A stretch of DNA of 64,000 nt, taken from assembly GCA_944345705.1 (NCBI GenBank), contig CALVML010000005.1:11282-75281 (forward strand), given 5' to 3'. Below the pieces are notes generated by a model. That model saw only the letters and a program-made list of their open reading frames with translations, did not search any database and was not told the origin of the DNA. Made by a program: the position numbers and the translations under genes. Positions 10,063 through 20,959 of the stretch are shown piece by piece. Origin of the DNA: an uncultured Clostridia bacterium. GTDB lineage: Bacteria; Bacillota; Clostridia; Christensenellales; UBA1242. Every line of letters begins with the position of its first letter. The first letter of the stretch is position 1.

Positions 10063-11652
10063 ATGGAAGGAACAGATTTAAAATTTATAAAGAAACATTA
10101 TGGTGAAAATTTTGCGAAAATGTGCAGAGAATATTTTCCTACTATTTTAGAACAGCAGGGATTATTAACTGAAATCATATTCTTTCTTTTTCCGCCAAGT
10201 CGTCATCTTTACGAAGATATAGTGAATGAAGGGTTGGAAAATGAATTTAAGTCATATATTTATGCTATCTTTGATCATGAAAATAAGATAAAGGCCAACA
10301 TTAAAAATATGACAGATGTTGACAAGACACCCGAACAACTGCTTGATAAAGCTGGATATATTTTGTTTCCAGAATGTAAAACTGAAGAAGATGTACAAGC
10401 ATTTAAGAAGTATTATAGTAAAGGTGAAGAACTTTGTACTTTTAAGGGTGAAAGATTAAATTCTTGTCGTATATGGTTTGCAGTAAAAAAAGATGTTGAA
10501 AGTATCAGGCGTGAGAATTTTGAAAATCCTCAAAGAGAGGATGAATATGGAACAAGCGTTATAAGTATTCAGTTTACAAAAACAAAACCTAATATACTTT
10601 CAATTAAAAATAGATATAATCATGCTGTTAGAAATCCTGATTGTACCTTTGGTAATGATCTAGATAATATAATTGATGGTTTGACTCAATCTTTTATTAA
10701 AAGTTATTCACTAGATTTAGATAATGAGTTATATGGAGATGAAACTAGTGAACTAGATGACAATTTAAGTTTATCTTTTGAAATTCCTGGATATGTTCAA
10801 GCTAGGGATGGCAGATTTTATAAAAGTAACCTAGAAGCAAGGCACATAAACTATTGCAGTATAGATAATTCTATAGTGACGCATGATGATGTTTACTATT
10901 ATGATAAGAGCAGATATATCATTTTAGATCATTTTTTAATTGATTTACAAGAAAAACAAATAAAAGATCCATTTCCAGAATTGTCTAGCAATGTGGAGAA
11001 ACAATATTTTAAATCATTTATAGATTCCATAGGTCCTATTAAAAATATAAAGGTAGAGCGAGTCGATGATAATAAAGTTATTTATATTACACCAAAGGAC
11101 AATGATGGAATAGTTAAAATTACACTTGATAAAGATAATAATTTCATAGAATATTCAAATCCTTATGTTAAAAAGATCGGTGATGGATTTCTATATTATA
11201 ATCAAAGTTTACAAAAGCTTGATTTACCAAATTTGGAAGAGTGTGGAGAATTATTTTTACCATCAAATTTAGTGTTATCAGAATTAAATTTGCCAAAGTT
11301 GACTAAATGTGGGAGTTTATTTTTAATTAAAAACAAATCATTATCCACTCTTGATTTGCCGAATTTAAAAGAATGTGGAGATGCATTTTTACAGCGAAAT
11401 ATGGATTTAAGGCAATTAAATGTGCCAAACTTGAGAAAATGCGGTTCTAAATTTTTATATTCTAATAATGGAATTTTGAATTTAAGCATGCCTAAATTAC
11501 AAGTGTGCGGTGATGGATTTTTTTCTTTTAATGAAACTTTGCGGACAATTGATTTGCCGTGTTTAGAGAGTTGTGGAAATGACTTTTTGCGCTCAAATAA
11601 TTATCTTAAAAATTTACTGCCTACTTTGCTTGAATTTCGAAATTTATTTTAA
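10063..11652 (+). CDS. leucine-rich-repeat (BspA-type) protein with unknown about 380-aa N-terminal domain; 3' end degenerate
   Basis: The C-terminal third is a series of about 22-aa repeats (L.LPNL.ECG..FL..N..L..L). First ATG at 10063; the ORF-track start at 10027 is a TTG with no RBS. No signal peptide visible. Confidence 0.7.
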   Translation: MEGTDLKFIKKHYGENFAKMCREYFPTILEQQGLLTEIIFFLFPPSRHLYEDIVNEGLENEFKSYIYAIFDHENKIKANIKNMTDVDKTPEQLLDKAGYILFPECKTEEDVQAFKKYYSKGEELCTFKGERLNSCRIWFAVKKDVESIRRENFENPQREDEYGTSVISIQFTKTKPNILSIKNRYNHAVRNPDCTFGNDLDNIIDGLTQSFIKSYSLDLDNELYGDETSELDDNLSLSFEIPGYVQARDGRFYKSNLEARHINYCSIDNSIVTHDDVYYYDKSRYIILDHFLIDLQEKQIKDPFPELSSNVEKQYFKSFIDSIGPIKNIKVERVDDNKVIYITPKDNDGIVKITLDKDNNFIEYSNPYVKKIGDGFLYYNQSLQKLDLPNLEECGELFLPSNLVLSELNLPKLTKCGSLFLIKNKSLSTLDLPNLKECGDAFLQRNMDLRQLNVPNLRKCGSKFLYSNNGILNLSMPKLQVCGDGFFSFNETLRTIDLPCLESCGNDFLRSNNYLKNLLPTLLEFRNLF

Positions 11653-12012
11653 GAGCGGAATAATTCATTAACAACTTTAGATCTGCCGAATCTATAAAAG
11701 GGTTTGGGATTAAATATCTATTTATAAACAAATATTTAAATAAGATATATCTATCTTCTTTACAAAAACAGAAAGTGGTTTTTTGTCTAATACTAGTTTA
11801 TCTTTCAAACTTTTGCCACAGATTAAAAGATGTGCTTTAGTTAAATTAGGGAATATGAATGAAGCAGTTAGATAAAAAATGATATTGATTTTTACGATGG
11901 AAGAATAAGATAATTGGATAAATAAAATTAAATTTTCACAATAAAGGTTTATATTACACAAAAAGAAAAAGTATTTTGTATTAATCAAAAACGTAAATAA
12001 AACGAATAAATA

Positions 12013-12049
12013 AAAAGAGATAAATTTTTAAAATTTATCTCTTTTTTTT
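12013..12049. terminator. bidirectional hairpin terminator downstream of the giant surface-protein gene
   Basis: AAAAAGAGATAAATTT-TTAA-AAATTTATCTCTTTTTTTT, a perfect AU-rich stem flanked by A- and T-runs, just past the stop at 12054-12056 (minus strand). Confidence 0.65.
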
Positions 12050-12053
12050 GATT

Positions 12054-15000
12054 TTACTTAACTTTTTGGCGTTTTCTTAGTCTGATTGTAATTATCACAA
12101 TAACTATTGCTGCGATAACTCCGAGTACGATTGCAATTATAGCAAATGCGTTTAATGGTGCGGTCTTTTGTACTTTATATGAGTAAAGCAAGTATCCGCT
12201 CATTGAATAGACTTGCACATAATATGTTCCTGTTTCGGAAATTGTGATTGTATAGCCTTCTGAGAGTGTAGGCAGAGTAGATTGTGATATTTCAACTCTT
12301 TGCGAGCCAACCTGTATGTAACAATCTCCCATTGCGTCATAGAGATTTTGAGTATTGAAGGAAATAGTTATATTTGAAGTTGTGCTTTCGCCTTCAGCCA
12401 CCGAAATTGATAGTGGAGGAGTTGCGGTATTAATCCAGAATGCGAAAGAGAATTCTTCGCCGATTAAGTTAGTAAATTGTGTCTGGTTGGTATTAACGGT
12501 AATTTCATATCGACCGCTTCCTGTCTTTTTGTCAAGGTAGTTTACATTCAGTTCTGTCAAATATGTTCTGCCATCAATAACAACTGTCGAGAAGTTAGAT
12601 ATTTCAGCAAGTTCGTCAGTAATATCTACGCCGTCTTTCAATATCTTTGAGATATAATAGTTTTGATACTGAGCATATTCGAACGCATATCTTGACTCAT
12701 TTTGATTGAGAATGGTAAAGTTATAAACTTCTTCTCTAATTTGAGGTAAGGTTTCTTGACTTCCGTCAGAACTTGTTGTCCTTGAAGTTGCGGTGAATTT
12801 AACCGAATAATAACCTGGCTCTGAGAATGTATATGTATAATTTTTGCTTGTATAATTTGTATAATCATATCCATTTCGTTGTACGCTTATTACAGGATAT
12901 CCGCCTGCCTGATAATAAGTTGAAAGGTTGTAAAGCGAAATTGTTACAGCACTATTATAAATAGCATTTTGAATTTTCTCAGTCACAACTGTTTCTTCTA
13001 CTGTTTCACTGCCGTCTGTTGTCGTTTCTGTATGCGATACAGTGAATGGTATTGAGTTTAGTAAAATAATATCCAAATATTCGCCGTTTCTAAATAGTTG
13101 TACATTGGCAGGGGTACATGAGTCATAGAGTTTAATTCTATAAGAGCCTGCTCTTTCAAGATATATGTAAGAAGTATCGCCACTACTATAAACAGTAGGA
13201 TATATTTCTACATATTCACCATTAAAGTATTTTAATACTTCAATATTGATTCTATTTGCATCAATTCCGTTTATAGATGAGTAGTTAATTCTCATTTGAC
13301 TGCTTTGAGCAGAATTATCTACGACAACTGTAACAGATGAACTTGATTTCATTGAGCCTGTTGTGCCATACGGAGTTTCATAGGTGAGCAGGCTTACAAA
13401 GTCGTTACTTTCTCGTATGTAGATGATTGCAAAATCGCCTTGAGAGATGATTTGTCCGTCATCATTTTCAGCAGTGTAGTGGAAAACATCAACAAATGCT
13501 TCGTTTTCTTCAGGAATGCAAGTTTGCAAGATGCAAGTTACATTTTGTTCAGGATTTAGTATAATGCGAAGCCTTGATACGATTGTAGTTCCGTCATCTT
13601 CACCTTCATAGACAATTAGATCGTCATGATTAATTTCATTATGATTTAATCTAACAAGGTAGGTTGAGCCATACTCTTTGCCGTTTGCATCCACATATCT
13701 TATATCACTCTTTTCGACATTTAAACCATCAAGTGTTATATAGTAGAATGAAGATTCAGTATCAAGTATTTCAACTCTATAGATTTTGGATAGATTAGTA
13801 AAGATATTTTCATCATCATATTTAGCAAAAATGATATAATTCCCTGTACCTGAAATTCTTACGCCACTTGTTGCAGATGATGAAGAATTTATGCTTTCCC
13901 AGGTCTGTCCATTATCACGCGATAGATATAGGCTATATTTATATTCAAGTCGATAATTATATTGTCCGATATAATTGAGTGATTGACCATCTCTAAAGAA
14001 CATAGTTACATCTTGTGAGTAGGTTGTGATTGAATATCCTGTTGTAGAATATGGTCTACCTTCAAAATACACTGTTTCATTAGTTGTTTGAGCATAATTC
14101 GTAATTGGCTTTCCGTCTTTATCTTGGAATACTATTCCGCCAGATGAAACTTCAGTTAAACTTGTCGCAAAGTATGGAAGTTTATAATAGAGTCTAACAT
14201 GGATTGTTCTAATCAATTCTCCACTCTCAATATCTGAAATTTCAACCTTGAAATAATCGTCCCAGTTGGTCGAAGTAGAAGGTGAGAATGTATAAGAATA
14301 GATATTGTTGCCCTGATTTTGAGATATTAAACTGTTGGTTATGTCTATTCCATCTGTATTTCTAATTAAGACATTATATAGTAAGTTGTTATATTGGAAC
14401 ATAATGCTTTGGTCTGAAAGATATGTAGTATCGCCATTGCTCTCAGTGTATGTATAGACAGTTGACGTGCCAACGATTTCGTTGAATGATATTTCATTTG
14501 CAAGTTGGATAATGATTGTTTCATTTCCAAAGTTATCAACAATCTCATATCTTATTTTAGATGATGAGTTTGCGCCAAGGTTTACTCTAATTTGCAAGAT
14601 TGTTCCAGAAGAAAGGGTAGTGAATGATATATACGATGATGCACTTTCATAACCATTTTCAGCAGTCCATGTGCCATAAGGATCTTGATTTGCTATGTAG
14701 ATTGTATTCCAATTGTTAGGGTTAGAACCAGTCGTAGTAAATTGCAAGATTGAAATCTTTGTAGGGAATACATAAGCTGTTTCAGTTGAAGCATATTGAG
14801 CTTGAGTTGGTACATCTATATTTAGTAAAGCAGAAGTGTGATTTGGATCTTCAATTTTCTGTGCAGAAAGGGAAGCGTCCATAATTGCAAGGTAAATAGT
14901 ATTTAATATGCCATCTGCTCTATTTACAAACATGAGTTGATGCTTGTTAGATGACGACTGAACGCTTTGCATGATTTCATTAATTGATGTTTCAGTAAGT

Positions 15001-18000
15001 GATACACCGCTTCCAGAGAAGGTTATTCTCCAAATACGATTTTCTTCAAGCCAAGGAGATTTCATATATCTTACAAGTGAAGATCCGCTTTGTCTAACAT
15101 AGATCATAGCCCAAGGATCAGACATATAATTGTAATTTGTTATTTCAAAGCCAGAATTTGAATATATATTCATTCCGTTTATAATTTCGCTTGAATCAAT
15201 AGAAATGTTTTCAGTATTATTGTTATTGATATAAGAGATTGCATTGGTGTCTACATTTGGATCGGTCTCAACATCTCCTTGTATTAGGTATACAACATAT
15301 ACTGTCATATTTCCAGCATAATCTCTTTCAACTATTTCATAGTATCCAGAGTATAAATTGCTTGCACCGCTTGTCGAGAGCAAATTGTAAGTGTTTTGTG
15401 AGAATGATGATTTATCTACTTGCGTGTACGAGTCAATTGAAGGAATGGTCTTATAGTAGATATATTGCGTTCCGTAAGGATTTGTACTTGCATTAATAAG
15501 AGTGCTTGCAAGTGTTGAATTGAAGAATGACATATCCACATTGTATGAGAAATATCTAAAGTCACCTGTTGCTATTGAGTATGAATAACTCATAGTCGAT
15601 AGGTCAGTAGATGCGGATACTGTCTGCTCGGTATTATCTTGATTTGCATATCTTCTCATGTAGACTTGTTGATAGTTTAATGTAAATGCTTGATCAGTAG
15701 CAGTTTCAGTCTTGCTCATTAAAGATTGAATGTTCTCAAGTGGTGCTGATCTATCAAAGTAAATTCGTTTTGTTGTAGATCGATAGTAACTTTGGTCACC
15801 TTCAAATCTTAGCGTTATGTCAACATAAGAATTTGCATTTGCAAGTAGATATGAGGTGTCAATTGTAAAGTACTGGATAGTGCCTTCAGTAACAACATTT
15901 GCAGAATATGTTCTTGAAGGGTATGAGTTGATTGTTATATTAGCAGTGTCAATTCTTGCTTGATAATTGCTTGTAGGCACTTCCCATTGAACACGAAGCT
16001 CGTCAGTATTTGTATAATATACTGTGCTGTCGCCGGCAGGTGAGAGTTGATATCCGTCCTTAGTTACAAGATCAAATTCAGGTGATTGAGTTAAAATTGT
16101 GAAAGCAAATTTATAAAGCTGATAGAAGCCATCTTCTGCACCCAAGTTTCGTGCTTGATATAGTACAACTGAATATGTTCCTGCAAGGTAGAAATAATTT
16201 ACAGGTGTGCTATTTGAACTTACGCTGAATGAACTATCTGTTTCATAAAGAGTAAGATATCCATTACTATTATCAGAAGATGAAGCATAATATTTGGTCA
16301 CTTGATTGCCATTTTCATCGGTTACCACCGCTGTAATGTTGGCAACGATTTCATATTCTGTGATTGAGATGTTGCTGTTTAAATAGTTTTCTGCTTGTGC
16401 CTGCGAATCAAAAGTTTGAATGACAACTCCTTCACTTATAACATTCCATCTGCCACTTGCCAAATCTTGTTCGACGTGTGAATTGCCATAGTAAGAAAGG
16501 GTTTGATTTTCTTCTACTCCATAATATTTTCTATCTGTGTCAGTTACATTTTCACTTGTAGTAGTTGTATATTTATATTTTGGAATATAGAGTGTCATTG
16601 GAAGTTTACTTCCTTCGACTGCAACCGTAACATTCGCGTTTTCAGAAGTGAATGAACCTTGAGTATAGAAGGATCCGTTTGAAAGTCCATCTTCGTTATA
16701 TGAAGGGAATGATACCTCTAGAGAAGAATATCCATCATTTGAATACATACTCAAAATGATATCACCGCCGACCAAACTTTCAAGAGATGAAGCTGATCCA
16801 TCTTCGTTGCTTACTCCCTCTAGTCTAGTTATAATTCCATTAGTATCAACAGTGAAAGTGATCGTTCGTCTAAAATAGTCATAATTATCAACCGTTGAAT
16901 CTGCTTTATAATCTCGAACGATTACATATCTACCAGCAGAAGGTCTGTCGCTATCGCCGAATGCGATCTCTGCTATCTCTTCTTGATCTGGCTGATAAAC
17001 TGTTTCATCGCTTGCTTTAAATATAACTCTAGTTTCAGTAGGTGTGCCTGAAATTGTATAGTACCAATAAGTTTTACCATTTATAGTCTGAGATTCTTTA
17101 ATAAATGCATAATAGTACATTGTTATTGAGTCAACTTCAGAACCATTTTCAGCAACTGGTACGAAATTTACTCTTAAAGCATTGTTTGCATTAATAGGTG
17201 AGTGGTATGAGAATTTGTAGGTTAAATTTTCATCTAATTGATATCCACTTTCTTGCAGGTGTGAGTATGATATTGAACCATCTTCATCAGTTTTTGTATA
17301 AAGATTTCCAGTATGAGCAAAGCTTGAGTAATTTAATGTATTAGACTTTCCGGTATTACTATCAATATAGTTAACGGTCACCTTTGATGCATCTGCTGTT
17401 ACATTGAAAGAGATATAAGAAGATGGATAGGTTGTATAGTCAACTTGCAAGTTGCCTGTTGTCTTTGTATTTGCACTATCTCTTATTGCAATTCTATATG
17501 TACCATCGATTGAGTTACCTTCTTCATCTATAAATTGTACGCTTAAAGTGCTGACATTTTGAGGAGAGAAAGTGTTTGCATCCCAATTTTTAATATAGGC
17601 TGTAGAATTTATATCAATTACGAGATAATATCCATCATAGTCATCTATACCTGTAGTTAGAGAACCATCAATTTCATCTGTCACAGCTTGCGCTGGTACA
17701 TCGTTTACATTTATTATCTTTTGATTGTCATAATTGAAGAACTCTTGCAATTTTGCAGTCAAATTTTGTTGTGCTTGTGCTGATCCAATAGTATATACAT
17801 AAGGCGCGTAGCTTTCAAGAATAGATGTTGTCAAATTGTCAAGATAGATTGCTTTGTGTTTTGCCCATTCAATCGTGATTTGTGTGCTGATCTGTCCAGT
17901 AATAGGGTCTGCTTCTGGAATTGAAATGCTAGTGTTATTGACCATTAAAGCAAGGCGAGTAAAGTCTAATGATACAGTTCTTTGAACAAATACAGGTTCG

Positions 18001-20720
18001 CTATTGTCGATCATGTAGATTTCAAAACTAGAATTTCCCGCTTGGTCATATACTTCGAGTATATATATTCCCGCTTCTGATTTTACATAACTAGAAGTCA
18101 CGAATGATGAGTATGATCTAGAGTTTGGATACTCAATCCAGCTCTGACTTGCACCCGCTTCAATATCTAGCTTGTAGGAAACAGGAAGGGTGGCTTTAAC
18201 TTGAGCGTTTGGATTAGAACTGTTGTAATTAAGCCAGAAATCTAAGAGTGAAGAAATTGTAGTTGCTGATGTTTGTGATGAGTAATAGTTGATTGTTTCA
18301 AGTGGAATGTATTTAACATAGCCATAGGTTGTCGCTCCACTTGCCTTTTCTGCCCAAGACATAGTTATCGACTGATTTGTGATGTATGAAGAGAGATTGT
18401 CGAGAATTCTATAACTGTTGCCAGAAGAAAATTCAACATTTGTAGCCCGCAAATCACTTATAGGACTTGTATCGATGGTGAATGTTCTTGTGCTAGGCTT
18501 ATCAGTATTTGCAGAATGAATTTTTATTGTAAACTTCGCATTTGCAAAAGAGGCAGTTGTTGGAATGTAAATACCATATTTGCCATTAACCACATTATTT
18601 GTGTCGCCTGCAACACTATCAAAAAGTTCGTAGTAAATGCCATAACTTTGAAGATCTAGAATATTGACATCTTGGAAGAAGTAAACATTAGAGCCTGCAT
18701 TATAGTTTTGTGCTGATAATGTTATTTCAACTTCAGCGTCATAGATGTTATTCATAGAGTCGTCAAGTATATATACGCCCTTGTTAGTGTATCCAGATGT
18801 GTAGATTTGTTCAAAATTTTCGTCATCAACAACTGTAACGCTAGGCATTGTGTTTGTCACAGTAAAGAAGAAGATTTGATAGTGATAGTATGATCCTTGC
18901 AGTGTACCGCTTGTTGACATATAGTAGTCATAGGTATATTGAATTACATATAGATATGTGCCTGCTGAATTTTGATTGAAGCCTTCAAAATTGCTTGAAC
19001 TGTCTACCTCCCAACGACTATCAGTTGTATTATAAGACAATTCAAAAATTGTGCTCGATGTATTCGCGTTTGATACAAAATTGGTAGCGTTTGTCAAGAA
19101 TTTAATAGGTGTTTGGTTTGTGGAAACAGGGGAAAGTTTTTCTGTGTCATTTAAACCATTTATTCTAGCAAGTGCGTATTCTTGCAGAGAGTTGACAGGG
19201 TTTAACTCTTCAGTATCGCTATCTTTTACAGTATAAGCCGTACTTGATGATGGAGATTGCATTGACACTGTACTTTCTATATTTGAAGTACCGCTACCAT
19301 GTTCAGCGATATATTTATTTACTTCGCCTGTGATATCTGCGCTATCTGAGAATGTACCATTTTCAAAGTTGTAGGTTTTAAGTTCCACCGAAGCAGGTTG
19401 GTTTGTAGCAGGGTCGAGATTTGAATAATCTGAGAAAACTGCTTGATAGCCATAAATATAAATTCTTTGGCGTTTGCTGTTAATCGCACTATCTCCGCTA
19501 AGCTCAGTGAAAGGTAGTTCGTATATTTGTTCGCCGTTTAGTCCTTGAGTCTTGTATAGATATTGAATGGAGATATCATAACTGCCAAGGTCTGTAAAGA
19601 AGATAGATCCAGTCTTGCTTTGGTCTTCATCATTTATATCAACGTCAGTAAACACAAAGTAGTCGTCTTCTGAAATAACAGCATTATTTTCATCATACTG
19701 GACAAATTCGCCATTTGTGTAAACGATTGTGGCTCTTTTAACGTTTGAATTTAGGTCGGTATAATTAATGTTGATTTGATATTTGTCAGGATCAAACGAG
19801 AAGTTAGTTATAGTAGTTGTATCATTTTGTGTGTTTCTTGCATAGTTATAGTTTGCAAAATAATATCTAGAATAGGTGTCGCTACTTACAGTTGATTCTT
19901 GCATATTAGATGACATTGCAAGGTGTGGCATACCGGCATCATTAAAATATGTATCTGTGTTAAAAATTAAGAAAGTAAAATATATTGTTTGAGCGCTATT
20001 AGTATAACTTACTCCGCCATTAGATGTGTAGAAATAATTTACATCAATAGCAAGGGTATAGCATCCTTCTTGGTAGAGAGTAACCGTATTAGTAGATCTA
20101 GTAATAGCCGACTCGCGAGTATTAAGTTGAAAATCAATGTCTAGTCTTTGAGGGGTTATGCTAAGATTTGGTGGTACAGAAGCGATAACATCATCTTCAG
20201 TATCACCGGAAGTATTATTATCATCATAATATGTTGAAGTATAATAGGTTATAAGATTTTGTTGATATCCGCCCGCGCCATTGGAAATCTGAGTAAGAAG
20301 GTTAGTACCAGTCTGTCCGTTTTGAATATCCGATGCTGTAAGGTTATAGTAGAGAGAAAGAGAGTTTTGGAAAGTGAAGTAGTAATATTGATTAGGGTTA
20401 CCTTTTTTATCTGGATAGTATGCATAATTTGCATTACTCGATCCTTGCTTTATTATATCCGTACCAATAGTTGGACTGATAAAAGAGTTTGCTCTCATCA
20501 AAAAGATTTCATTGCCAACTTGACCTACTTCAGTACCTGAAGTCTTTGAGGTTTTAATCTTAAGATAATCAGGCAAACTATTAGTAATCTGATCATAAGT
20601 GACATCAGCATTTGATGACAAGATGTCATTACTTTTTGGCGTAAAGAAAGCAAGGCTTAAAAAGCCAAAAGCAATTAGTGAAATTAAAATAGAATAAAAT
20701 ACTTTTCTAACTCTTTCCAT
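12054..20720 (-). CDS. giant surface protein (2888 aa) with N-terminal signal/anchor and C-terminal TM anchor
   Basis: Single uninterrupted ORF. N-terminus MERVRKVFYSILISLIAFGFLSLAFF is hydrophobic. The body is S/T/N/Y-rich and beta-rich with many N-x-S/T sequons. C-terminus is LNAFAIIAIVLGVIAAIVIVIITIRLRKRQKVK (TM + basic tail) with no LPxTG before it. RBS AAAGGGG before the ATG. Confidence 0.85.
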   Translation of the reverse strand: MERVRKVFYSILISLIAFGFLSLAFFTPKSNDILSSNADVTYDQITNSLPDYLKIKTSKTSGTEVGQVGNEIFLMRANSFISPTIGTDIIKQGSSNANYAYYPDKKGNPNQYYYFTFQNSLSLYYNLTASDIQNGQTGTNLLTQISNGAGGYQQNLITYYTSTYYDDNNTSGDTEDDVIASVPPNLSITPQRLDIDFQLNTRESAITRSTNTVTLYQEGCYTLAIDVNYFYTSNGGVSYTNSAQTIYFTFLIFNTDTYFNDAGMPHLAMSSNMQESTVSSDTYSRYYFANYNYARNTQNDTTTITNFSFDPDKYQININYTDLNSNVKRATIVYTNGEFVQYDENNAVISEDDYFVFTDVDINDEDQSKTGSIFFTDLGSYDISIQYLYKTQGLNGEQIYELPFTELSGDSAINSKRQRIYIYGYQAVFSDYSNLDPATNQPASVELKTYNFENGTFSDSADITGEVNKYIAEHGSGTSNIESTVSMQSPSSSTAYTVKDSDTEELNPVNSLQEYALARINGLNDTEKLSPVSTNQTPIKFLTNATNFVSNANTSSTIFELSYNTTDSRWEVDSSSNFEGFNQNSAGTYLYVIQYTYDYYMSTSGTLQGSYYHYQIFFFTVTNTMPSVTVVDDENFEQIYTSGYTNKGVYILDDSMNNIYDAEVEITLSAQNYNAGSNVYFFQDVNILDLQSYGIYYELFDSVAGDTNNVVNGKYGIYIPTTASFANAKFTIKIHSANTDKPSTRTFTIDTSPISDLRATNVEFSSGNSYRILDNLSSYITNQSITMSWAEKASGATTYGYVKYIPLETINYYSSQTSATTISSLLDFWLNYNSSNPNAQVKATLPVSYKLDIEAGASQSWIEYPNSRSYSSFVTSSYVKSEAGIYILEVYDQAGNSSFEIYMIDNSEPVFVQRTVSLDFTRLALMVNNTSISIPEADPITGQISTQITIEWAKHKAIYLDNLTTSILESYAPYVYTIGSAQAQQNLTAKLQEFFNYDNQKIINVNDVPAQAVTDEIDGSLTTGIDDYDGYYLVIDINSTAYIKNWDANTFSPQNVSTLSVQFIDEEGNSIDGTYRIAIRDSANTKTTGNLQVDYTTYPSSYISFNVTADASKVTVNYIDSNTGKSNTLNYSSFAHTGNLYTKTDEDGSISYSHLQESGYQLDENLTYKFSYHSPINANNALRVNFVPVAENGSEVDSITMYYYAFIKESQTINGKTYWYYTISGTPTETRVIFKASDETVYQPDQEEIAEIAFGDSDRPSAGRYVIVRDYKADSTVDNYDYFRRTITFTVDTNGIITRLEGVSNEDGSASSLESLVGGDIILSMYSNDGYSSLEVSFPSYNEDGLSNGSFYTQGSFTSENANVTVAVEGSKLPMTLYIPKYKYTTTTSENVTDTDRKYYGVEENQTLSYYGNSHVEQDLASGRWNVISEGVVIQTFDSQAQAENYLNSNISITEYEIVANITAVVTDENGNQVTKYYASSSDNSNGYLTLYETDSSFSVSSNSTPVNYFYLAGTYSVVLYQARNLGAEDGFYQLYKFAFTILTQSPEFDLVTKDGYQLSPAGDSTVYYTNTDELRVQWEVPTSNYQARIDTANITINSYPSRTYSANVVTEGTIQYFTIDTSYLLANANSYVDITLRFEGDQSYYRSTTKRIYFDRSAPLENIQSLMSKTETATDQAFTLNYQQVYMRRYANQDNTEQTVSASTDLSTMSYSYSIATGDFRYFSYNVDMSFFNSTLASTLINASTNPYGTQYIYYKTIPSIDSYTQVDKSSFSQNTYNLLSTSGASNLYSGYYEIVERDYAGNMTVYVVYLIQGDVETDPNVDTNAISYINNNNTENISIDSSEIINGMNIYSNSGFEITNYNYMSDPWAMIYVRQSGSSLVRYMKSPWLEENRIWRITFSGSGVSLTETSINEIMQSVQSSSNKHQLMFVNRADGILNTIYLAIMDASLSAQKIEDPNHTSALLNIDVPTQAQYASTETAYVFPTKISILQFTTTGSNPNNWNTIYIANQDPYGTWTAENGYESASSYISFTTLSSGTILQIRVNLGANSSSKIRYEIVDNFGNETIIIQLANEISFNEIVGTSTVYTYTESNGDTTYLSDQSIMFQYNNLLYNVLIRNTDGIDITNSLISQNQGNNIYSYTFSPSTSTNWDDYFKVEISDIESGELIRTIHVRLYYKLPYFATSLTEVSSGGIVFQDKDGKPITNYAQTTNETVYFEGRPYSTTGYSITTYSQDVTMFFRDGQSLNYIGQYNYRLEYKYSLYLSRDNGQTWESINSSSSATSGVRISGTGNYIIFAKYDDENIFTNLSKIYRVEILDTESSFYYITLDGLNVEKSDIRYVDANGKEYGSTYLVRLNHNEINHDDLIVYEGEDDGTTIVSRLRIILNPEQNVTCILQTCIPEENEAFVDVFHYTAENDDGQIISQGDFAIIYIRESNDFVSLLTYETPYGTTGSMKSSSSVTVVVDNSAQSSQMRINYSSINGIDANRINIEVLKYFNGEYVEIYPTVYSSGDTSYIYLERAGSYRIKLYDSCTPANVQLFRNGEYLDIILLNSIPFTVSHTETTTDGSETVEETVVTEKIQNAIYNSAVTISLYNLSTYYQAGGYPVISVQRNGYDYTNYTSKNYTYTFSEPGYYSVKFTATSRTTSSDGSQETLPQIREEVYNFTILNQNESRYAFEYAQYQNYYISKILKDGVDITDELAEISNFSTVVIDGRTYLTELNVNYLDKKTGSGRYEITVNTNQTQFTNLIGEEFSFAFWINTATPPLSISVAEGESTTSNITISFNTQNLYDAMGDCYIQVGSQRVEISQSTLPTLSEGYTITISETGTYYVQVYSMSGYLLYSYKVQKTAPLNAFAIIAIVLGVIAAIVIVIITIRLRKRQKVK

Positions 20721-20959
20721 TTTTTACCCCTTTAAAATATATTTCAAATATATTTTATCATAGCATAGCAAAATTTCAAAATAATTTAACAAATAATATA
20801 TAAAGATAATTATATATTTATCAAATATATTATGTAGCATATTTTTATAATTAATCTTTTTAATCAAATAAATTCTTTTAGTTAATAGTTTATCTTTAAA
20901 TTGCTGTTATAATTTGACATTTTTAGAATTTGTAACATATAATTTGATTAGGAGTTTTT

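Noticed and set aside
11722-11988. 88-aa minus-strand ORF in the LRR/giant-gene intergenic region
   Set aside because: It lies in AT-rich spacer, has a low-complexity I/L/F/N translation, and has no RBS.
12355-20540. Several 60-93-aa ORFs on the plus strand, or in other frames, inside the giant gene
   Set aside because: All are nested in the single 8.7-kb minus-strand ORF, and none has start signals.
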